A stretch of 64,000 bases of DNA from Selaginella moellendorffii (lineage: Eukaryota > Plantae > Lycopodiophyta): positions 2,769,839 through 2,833,838 of the forward strand of contig NW_003314267.1 of the NCBI RefSeq assembly GCF_000143415.4. The letters are read 5' to 3'. The translations under genes and the position numbers were made by a program. Positions 55,018-64,000 of the stretch are shown piece by piece. The first letter of the stretch is position 1. Every line of letters begins with the position of its first letter. The notes under the pieces were generated by a model that was not told where the DNA came from, searched no databases, and saw only the letters and a program-made list of their open reading frames with translations.

Positions 55018-58000
55018 TCACCTGTCGCAAAATCTCCTAAGAATGTCCTCAAAGGCACCCTCCTTGTCAAGTGCAAAAATAGCTTGGCCTGTCTCTTTCA
55101 CTGCCTGTACCATTGACCCAAATCCTATTGTAGCATCAAGCACAATCCCCTTTGGCAGACAGAATAACTCCAACAAGATCTACATGGCCCTGACCGAATG
55201 ATGTAGATAACCAGGAAATGCTAGGTGAAGAACTATCACAAATGTGACTTCGGGTATCAAAAGATACTTGTCAGCCAGTCCTTACGGACACTCTCTCCTT
55301 ACTGTTATGACGGCAGGAGGTCAGTACTGTTGGTTCCCTTTATTGGCCCCTCTTGTCCAAGTGTTAGTAAATTGGACTTAGCATCTGTACTTGGCTGGAT
55401 GAGCATAAGGACGGAATTCCTAAGTGTCTATTTGGCCAAGCATATTTGGCCCGGCTTTTTAGTTCTCTTTTGCTCTGTCTTGCACTAGCTTGGCAAGAAC
55501 CCTCGCATATTGAGACCAGTCCCTCAATATCGCCGGATGATAGTTTACCATGTTTGCCAAACACCCTTGCTATCACGCCCTTTGTGTTAGTCTCATTTCG
55601 GTCCCAAATGCTATTTATGGAAAGTGTCTAGATTTTCTCATTTGGCATGTCTACAGAATGTAGAGGTCAGCTTGAACACAATGGTGTTCGTCTCGTGTCC
55701 AAATTCGCAATCTAAGGCCATTCCATATTTAGTAAGTTTCGAACTTGTCCCAAAGACTAACTCCTCATACTAAGGGCAGCTTAGGGTGAAAACCCAAAGC
55801 GTGTGTTCCTCAAGCGGGGAGGGGGGCTGTGGGGGGTTCCAAAGGTATAGTAGGGATAGTGGTTGGAATGTATGTCCAACCACCTGAGATATTAGTTTGG
55901 CTTCCGCTGGGCTATGTAGCTCCTTGTTCTGGGTCCAGCTTGGGTCTAAGCCCAAGCTCCACACTGCTCTAGTCGGTGGGGTACCCTCCTCCTCGCATTA
56001 GGCCATTGGTATACCAAAATTGTGCCAGACTCTGTCTGACACCATTTTGCGTGTAGGTGCTGGATACGGGGAGCTGGTGCTCCTGGGATTGTACCGGACC
56101 CTCATTTTGTAGCGCAATGGGCTTGGAGTTTGGCTCCAAATTTAGGTACGCTACAAGAACATCCAAGTCGATCACATTTGGGATGATGTCTATAGAGCTG
56201 TCATATCCTAGTAAAGCAAGAGGAGCACGCTCATCAGCTCGTATGGCATTACGCCAGTTCCCAATGTGGCATAGAGCATGGTAGTTCCAGGAATAAACCT
56301 GGAAAAAAAAATAAAATAGAGTTAATTTGTAAATAAAGAAGTCACACACCTTTCGCTTTTGCCGACTAGTGTCTTTTGTGTCCACTGCTATACTCGAAAG
56401 AAGGCAGCCAAATGAAAACTCAAGAAATCCATCATCGTTGTGAGCCAAGTGTGCAAGAAGGCCTTCCCACATTAGAGAGCGCAGAAGGATCATGACAACC
56501 ACACCCTCGTATATCATGAAGCTGCTCACAACCTTTAAGGCTTGGGAAATGTGTTGGGCCTACAACACATTCCATGACGGAGTATTCCCTTGTGGTGGTG
56601 GCATCCCATCAGGAAGATCGAAAAAGATGAAATTGATCTTCCCATAAGGTGTGAGCTGACCCAGACCATAGATCCACGGATCAAGCATGTAGAGCTCCCC
56701 ACTAGTAGCATCTAAAAGCTGTGTGTAATCCCCAATGAGAACAACAACTTCTCCAACACTAACCGTTGGGGATAGAGGGTGAACCTGAAAATCAATTATT
56801 AGAACTAAAAGTTGGAGATAAAATTCATGCTTACTAACTTGTTTATGCATAGCTGCAGAGGAGAGCTCTTCCAGGTCATCATCTGTAGCTGTAGGGAGGG
56901 ATGGGAATAATGTCTTAGTCTGCTAAGAAGACTGATGGCTACTCTCTACAACATCTATACAAAAAAAAGTGAAATCAAGAATGAATAAAAGAATGTTCCA
57001 AATCAAAGTCCTTACTCTCATGAAAGGCTTCACGACGGCCCCTTTTGGGGTTGCGAGGAGCAGGTACTAGAATCTCTTGTGCTAGAATTTCCATTACAGT
57101 TTCCTTTGGTTCAACAGTATTTGGATTTGGCATCTTTTGAATGGTTTCCTGAGTGTGGACTCTTGTGTTTAGTTGTTGAACTTCAACAACATGATTATCA
57201 TAGTCAGAAAGAGCCTCTGGAAAATAAGAATATAAGTCAAGATTAATATTTCCTAGCTAAGTGCTGAGTTTCAAGTGAACTTGGATGACATTCAAGGTAG
57301 AGATCTAGCTCGAAGTCTGATGTCGGCATTTGCTCCACAAGTTCAAGGTACTACGGGCATAGCTCCCTCTCATGTGTACAAGGACAGGAGAACTCTGGCT
57401 TATACATCCCAAGCTTCTTGCCTCTAGTCAGGAGCTTCTGCAAAACACCAGCTGTATATACTGGTGCACCGGGGCAATATTTTAAATATCTACAAAATAA
57501 AACAAAAATATAAATACCAATATATAAATGAGAATTGAGAAAATACCTGTAAACCATGCGCCTCACAAGAAATGGTAGTCCTAGTTGGTTCTTGAACTCA
57601 GCCAAACTCGTCCCACCACATGGAAGCCAACCATTCCCTAGCTCCACAAGACAAACACGAATATATTCTTCAAGAGTGATACCTGTGTGGGTGCTGGAAA
57701 GAAACTTCTCGTCCCAGACTTGTAGCATCTCCTCACCAGCAGCAATACTCTAAAAAATATATGCCTTCTCCTTCATCACCTTCTCCATCCTTATCTTGTA
57801 GTGTTTTTTGTTGTTTCGCAGCCAAGTGTTGATAAGTTCCAAGCAGATGCTTTGTTCAGCAAAGGACATTTTGGAGATATTGTAAATGAGTTCCTTCGGT
57901 GCTTTACCAATTCCTACACACACAAAGAGTTATGAAATGTTTCACAAATTTTAGAAGAATTTACAAATGCGAGAACAAATCTCGTCAATGCTATCAACCC

Positions 58001-59480
58001 ATTCCTACCCGCATTGTATATCTGCAATCGAGAGAAACTTTTTCACCTTTGTTCTCTTCGTATTCAAAATTTGTTGCTCAATCGTATGCCACTCCATCTC
58101 CTTCTGCTGCTCGTCCCCTCGGGCATTTTTAAAGAATGAGGCTCTTTCTCCTTTGATTATGGGCTGCAAGAAACATTATATAAGGCGATACATACTTCAA
58201 TATGAATTTACCTTCGCCTAGATAGCAACTAGAAAATCAAGTGGTAGCTAATACCAAGTCTGCAATTCTTGGAATTTCCTTCCTGCTAGCTTCACTCGAA
58301 TTGCTTCAAATACCTCACGATTGTACAACGTTTGGACCTCCTCTAGTGAGAGCATGCCAATAAACCGAAGGTGCTCAATATCATGTACTAATGTATGAGC
58401 TTGAAATGCAAATTGGTTTAGCCTACAAAAACACGATATTGACTAAGTTTACAAAAAATAAATTCCTAGATGTTGATCTTATAGCATGCCATGTTGAGCT
58501 TCATAGTGTGCTCCTGAGTCATTGGTTCGACAAGTGTGACTGGAACAGTAATGTGTCGTTCTTCGTCATCTTGGAACTTCTCTTGAATGCACTTCCAAAA
58601 TGCTAGCCACCTATGGTTTCCATCGATCACCCAAAAGAGCTTTCCAATGAACTCTGCTATCTCTACATGTTTTCCTAGGAATCCATCAAACTCACGAGAC
58701 TTTCGCAGCCATATAGGATCCCATTTTTCCTCAAGTTCAATAGTCATTGACTCTATTAGGCCGGTTCTAGGGAAAGTTGGTGAAATGATGAAGGTACCAG
58801 CTATGCTCCCAAATCTGACCTTGGCAAAGGAGCTATAGATTGCCATGTTGAGGTCATAAGCTGAGCGCACCTAATGGCTTTGAACCAACTGACACAAAGG
58901 AACTTGAAATCGATGAGGGCCATTCCATGCCATTTTCTGTAACACTTTACTAACTGTCCGTTCTTGAGCTTGGATAATTGTGTCCCAAACACAATCATTC
59001 AAGATGGTGTCAGAATCATGCATGTGTAATCCCTCACCATCACTAGCTCCCCCTGCACCACCAGCCCGAGGAGTAGTAGGAGCAGCTACCATGCCCCCAG
59101 TAGCCTTTACAGTAGATCCACCTACAATGCTACCAATAACCTCCTCAACTGGTTCATCTACCTCGCCGCGAGCAGCCTTAGCAACTGAAGGCACAGCACC
59201 CCCACCACCACCAACATCATATGTAAGTACCCCACCACTAGTAGCCGTAGCTTCAGGAGCACCAGTACCAACAACCTCAATAACACCAACATTGATTTGA
59301 GTGTCCATCTCAACATCCATATTGTTGTTATGCTCATCATTGCCTCTAGCATGACTAGCAGAAACTTCATTAGATACTTGAGATGAATCTCCACTCAATC
59401 AGCCAAACCCACAGTGATCAAGGTGGCTGCCTTTTCCTGGAGACAGAGACTATTGAGGTTGGCCTCGGCGCTTCCTCTAA
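55018..59480 (-). pseudogene. ParB/Srx-like domain fused to a beta-class N4/N6 DNA methyltransferase domain; multi-exon, disrupted
   Basis: FWVIDGNHRWLA (DGNHR at 58610-58624). VLIGDYTQLL..INFIFFDLPDG (DLPDG at 56605-56619). LKVVSSFMIYEGVVVMI. After LTR removal the frame continues HHSVRAM*ILLELFCLPKGIVLDATIGFGSMVQAVKETGQAIFALDKE to TGA at 55018-55020. The 5' end is approximate. Confidence 0.78.
55234..56155. mobile_element. Solo LTR (family C), inverted relative to 53467-54356, TSD AGAAC; interrupts the methyltransferase exon
   Basis: agaac|tatcacaaatgtgac...tacgctaCA|agaac. Confidence 0.92.
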
Positions 59481-59680
59481 AATAAAAAGCAAAAATATTA
59501 TAACATCTAACTTTTAATGTAAATAAAACTTGTGGCATTTTAAGTTCAAGTCCCTTGTTGGAAGTTCCAGGTAGTCAAACTTGATTTATATCTTCTCTCA
59601 CAAGAAAAGTTTGTAAGTAAAAGATGTGAAAAATAGATTGAAAACTACAAGAAATGCAAAGGAAAAAAACACAAGTCACT

Positions 59681-60214
59681 AGGAGAGGATGGTTCGCGCG
59701 AGAACCAACCTCATCCTACCTTTGGAGAAAAAGGAAAAACACAACAAGAATATAGGAGAGGTCGGTTTGCACAAGAACCAACATCTTCCACCCTCTTATT
59801 TTCACATGAAATGCCCCATCAAGTCAATGAAATAAAAAAAAAAACCTTGAAAATGTTGGTTCGCACAAGAACTGACATTTTTATCTCTTTGGGTTTTCTA
59901 AAATTTAGAGATCTCACCACTAGAAACATGAAAAAAACCAAGAAAGTTTGCTTCTAGAAAAAATGAAGGTGGGGAGACGGTTTGCACGCAAACCGATCTT
60001 TCCCACCCCTTCAACAAGGAAAAAAAATCAAAACAACAAGGTAAAGATGGGCAAAAACTAAACAGAAAATGAAATAGAATGTTAGGAGATGTTAGTTCGC
60101 ACAATACTCGACATCTCTATCTCTCAAGAGAAAACAAAAGTCGAGAAAACAGAAAACTTCTCATGGAAGAAAGAAAGTGAGTAGATGTCAGTTCACGTGC
60201 AAACCGACCTTCTC
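59681..60214. repeat. Array of six ~30-45 bp imperfect palindromes (core GGTTCGCGCG(A/C)GAACC)
   Basis: Copies at ~59681, 59754, 59851, 59966, 60084 and 60179; a partial reversed copy at ~60631. Confidence 0.85.
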
Positions 60215-61151
60215 AAGGAAGCATATCTTGTTTGAGGAGTGTCTTGAAGCACATTGCTAGGTTGAAGCACTGTTCTCTTGCCCTTCCTTGCTGAAACGCA
60301 CCTTTCTCTCGCCCTTTGCTACTCAAACCCTAGGTATAAAACCCTAAAACTCAACGAACACGGTCAACAGTCATGATCAATGGTCATGATTTTCAGTCTC
60401 TTTGATGGTGATCAATGGACACAATTATTCAATGCTTTAGATTTCAAGATATGTATAATTGATTGTGAGAGGAATAATATTGTTGAAATGAATGTGGTTA
60501 TGAGGGAGAAGCGCCAGTCAATCATAAAAGTTATAGCATTGATTGCTTGTTCTCCTTCTCATTTCCATGCTCTCTTCCCTTCAAGAGAGTTTCATTCTTT
60601 TGTGACAAGTGAGAGAGAGTCAAGCTCGGAAAGGTTGGTTCTTGCGCGAAAAAACTGTGCACTGGTTTAGGGGTTTAAGGTTTAGGGTTTATGGTCTCTT
60701 ATTCCTCTCACAGTCAATTATACAATTAATAAAGAACTAGATGCAAGAAGGGCGGGATGAAAAGCTTCAATCTGGATTGGATGGGATTTTGGAGCTAAAG
60801 AGAAAATGTCCCTATGAGTTTATTTATATTCGTTGGCCTAGTGATTTGAACAATCAACGACCTTTAATCTTTAAGATGTCTACCCTTGGTCCTGCTTTTG
60901 GTGTGGACCTTGTACAACGAATGGATATGGATGGAGATGGGGACTTGGCTAATTCCTAGATCCATTTCAACCACATGGAATGAGTTTCAGGCAGGTCAAC
61001 AATGGGAGCTCATATTTATAATCACAAATGGTTATTCATTTTTTAAGGATTCCATACCAATTTACATTATAACCATTCCTTCTATAGGTTGTAGTGCAAC
61101 TTGATTATAGCTATAGCCAAATTCAAAGTTCAAGATTTTCAAGCACAAACC

Positions 61152-63075
61152 TGTAGGCGACTAATTTTTCCATTCTACTTTAGTCACTTAACCACACCTC
61201 GGACCACTTGGAGGAGTCTCATTCACAACCTCCATTAGTCCAATTCAGGACTTGGGACTTGCTAGCCCCAAGAATGGCATCCATGCCACTCAACACTTGC
61301 ACCTGGTCCGAGTGCTCCACGTGTCCGGTCCTGAGACCGACACCCAAAGGTACCACTGACATCTCGGCCCGTTACGCTAAGGCCATGCCCATTCACCTTT
61401 GCTGCACTAGTGGTTCAACACCACTTGCATCACCACCTTGTCTCTCCAAGACTGGGCCATGTGTCCACGAGTGGTCATCCTAGATCCACTCCTTAGCATC
61501 CTTAGGATGCCCACAGACCTGGGGAATTGCCTTCCCCAAAGTCCCTTTGTCAGTTCCTACCAAGTCCCTTTCTGCCCCTGGCCGTGTTTGCCAACACTGC
61601 CACTGGATCGAGGCCCACAGGCCCGACCACTAAGTCCCACGGTCCTCTGGGACTTCCTCACCACACGACTGTGTCCTTGGTCACTACCCCAGAGGACTGC
61701 TCCTCTTCCTTTCCACAGTCTGGGCCTTTGGGACGACATTTCGGAACACCGTGGCCTTACGCGAGCCACCTGGGTACTCTCCCCACTTATCGCCTTTAGG
61801 TGCTCTAGCCATGGGCTTAGAGCGAGGTTCCGTTGAGCCACGCCTGGTATCCAAGTAGGTAGTGCCACCCACACTTGGACTGGGAGCATCGGCCAGTCGA
61901 TCTCCCGGGGGAACTAGAGCCGGCTCTTGAACACTTCACCAAGCTACCCCGCTTGTCGGTCCGTATTCACTCTAATCTTGGACTTCCCAGTGGTCAGTTC
62001 ATCACCCAACACTGGGTCTGGCCTTCCTGGGCCAAACTGGCCTTTCCTGGCCAAACTGGCTCCACTGCAGTCCTCCCCCTACTATACTTTTGGGGCTCAC
62101 CAAACCCCCCAGGGTCTGGGAGACGAACGCTTTGGGCTTTCACCCTCTCAGGCTCCGGACTCGGACTCGGACTCGGACTCGGACTCGGACTCGGATTCGG
62201 ACTCGGACTCGGGCTAGGGCTCGGTCTCGGCCTTGGCCTCGGTCTCGGTCTCGGTCCCGATCTCGGTCTCGGTCTCGGTCTCGGTCCCGGTCTCGGTCCC
62301 GGTCTCGGTCTCGACTTCGGACTCCATCTCGGACTCCATCTCGGACTCCATCTCGGGTCCATCTCGGGTCCATCTCGGACTCCATCTCGGACTCCATCTC
62401 GGGTCCATCTCGGACTCCATCTCGGACTCCATTTCGGGTCCACCTCGGGTCCACCTCGGACTCCATCTCAGACTCCATCTCGGACTCCATCTCGGGTCCA
62501 TCTCGGGTCCATCTCGGACTCCATCTCGGACTCCATCTCGGGTCCATCTCGGACTCCATCTCGGACTCCATTTCGGGTCCACCTCGGGTCCACCTCGGAC
62601 TCCATCTCGGACTCCATCTCGGACTCCATCTCGGGTCCATCTCGGACTCCACTTCGGACTCCAACTCGGGTCCATCTCGGGTCCACCTCGGACTCCATCT
62701 CGGACTCCATCTCGGACTCCATCTCGGACTCCACTTCAGACTCCAACTCGGGTCCATCTCGGGTCCACCTCGGACTCCACTTCGGACTCCAACTTGGGTC
62801 CATCTCGGACTCCACTTCGGACTCCAACTCGAGTCCATTTCGGACACTCCCACGTGTCATGTGTTGGTCCTTTTGGGTCCCTTTTTGGAGCCTCACCTTT
62901 TGCTTGCTTCGTGCTCGTTCCTTGAGCACTTCGTTGGGAGTTCCACTCCCGCTCTTGACTTTTCAAGTCGGAGCTTTTGGTCCAAACGTGTTACGCTCGT
63001 TTGGCTCTCGCTTCGGCCACTACCATGTGGCGCCCTTCCGGCTCCACTTTGGGGCCTAGGGATTTCTGTCTCACA
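61152..63075 (-). mobile_element. Full-length ~1.9-kb solo LTR (family A), TSD AAACC
   Basis: aaacc|TGTAGGCGAC...gtctcaCA|aaacc. Confidence 0.95.
62155..62845. repeat. LTR-internal minisatellite (6- and 12-bp units: ggactc, ggtctc, ggactccatctc, gggtccatctc)
   Basis: Tandem units seen directly; shorter versions occur in the other LTR copies. Confidence 0.95.
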
Positions 63076-64000
63076 AAACCGTCTTTTGGACATGTATGTC
63101 TGAGGTTGTTGAACAGCAAACTGGGAAGAAACCCAACTTCTGTGGTTTCATGGTAGATGCTGCTAGTGCTACCTGGTTTTCTGTATGACAAGTATTCGGA
63201 GGTGATAAAAGTTAGCCATTACAAGGTAGAGAGAAGAGTTGTGAATTTCATTGGCCAAAGAGTGTCAATGAACATTGCCGATACATCAAATCTGACTTCC
63301 ATCACGAGTTCAAGCAGCTTTTTCGGGAATGGATGGATGCACCAATAAAGAGGAGAATGAGGCAAAGGCAAATGAGATGCGTATATGGTGGCATGAAGGA
63401 GTTAAAGTGCCAATTGAACACCTTCCACAAATGGAATGCTAGCTTGCATGGTGGGAAGTTCAAATGTTTCAATGGGCTCATTATTCTCTCCATTTAAGTT
63501 TTCATTCATTTTCTTTTTTGTCACATTCAAATGTTGCATTTTTCCTAGGATCAACCACTTGATAACATAGCACTTACACTAACAATTAATCTCTCTGAAA
63601 GTAAACATTGGACTTGGAGAGCTTCTGAAGCAGGGAAACAAAAAGTGTCCCTCTATGAAGCTACGCTCTCCAATCTCACTAGATCTCTTGAGTAGTCATC
63701 AAAAGCTTTAGCTGCACAGGAAGTAAGGTTTGCTGGTACAGGTTCGAACTTAGATAGGCTTTGAGAGCGGGCTGGTAGAAGGATAACACTAGCAGTAGGG
63801 TCAATGTCTAAGATGGTGAAGGAAGTTATTGCTAGAACTCCTATGAAATCAAGTTATAAACCACTTGGGGACATGAGAACAGCTTGTATGAAGTGTCTAT
63901 AGATATTTGATGGGTCAAACATCACTCCATTTAGCTCTCACCATCCAGAGTTTGACTACCATTCTAGTTCACAACACCGGAAAAGAACTAAGGAACATGG

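Larger units (their letters stand above)
60720..64000 (+). pseudogene. Mutator/MULE-type DDE transposase remnant interrupted by a solo LTR; may extend past the window end
   Basis: FKMSTLGPAFGVDLVQRM..HFNH (first Asp decayed). The joined junction reads QAQT|VFWTCMSEV. PNFCGFMVDAASATW, CEFHW (CxxH), TINLSESKH (catalytic Glu, ~63597). Confidence 0.75.

Noticed and set aside
55969-56155. C-terminus of ORF 55969-56529 taken as the real end of the protein
   Set aside because: It is read-through into the inserted LTR; the true frame resumes at 55228.
55018-59480. Bacterial contamination or prophage
   Set aside because: The gene has GT-AG introns, a plant LTR insertion with TSD, and deamination-type decay.
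59681-60214. CRISPR array
   Set aside because: Repeats are degenerate, spacers are variable and A-rich, there are no cas genes, and the context is eukaryotic.
61875-63103. Long RS/RD/LG-repeat ORFs, also at ~19.6, 24.1, 27.5, 45.9 and 50.2 kb
   Set aside because: By-products of LTR minisatellites that lack stop codons.

Overview
Land-plant nuclear DNA. The compact genes, ~50-60 bp introns and gene set suggest a lycophyte such as Selaginella; this is an inference. Bases 1-15.8 kb form a very dense gene island. Four head-to-tail minus-strand genes (kinesin-10, 3beta-HSD/decarboxylase, a probable plastid protein and an Ig-like/multi-TM protein) are followed by plus-strand SLAC1/SLAH and CNGC4-like channel genes. 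Bases 16-64 kb are a nested transposon block: Ty3/Gypsy elements and solo LTRs (four with 5-bp TSDs), a LINE, and a 9.8-kb TIR element with a Sola-like transposase and an FCP1/HAD passenger gene. The most notable feature is a decayed module at 55-64 kb. It holds an intron-containing gene fusing a ParB/Srx-like domain (IDGNHR) to a beta-class N4/N6 DNA amino-methyltransferase, divergent from a Mutator-type DDE transposase, with 6-7 palindromes (16-bp core) between them. The methyltransferase and transposase only read through after removing LTR insertions at their TSDs. All family calls come from motif recognition by eye; no database searches were run.
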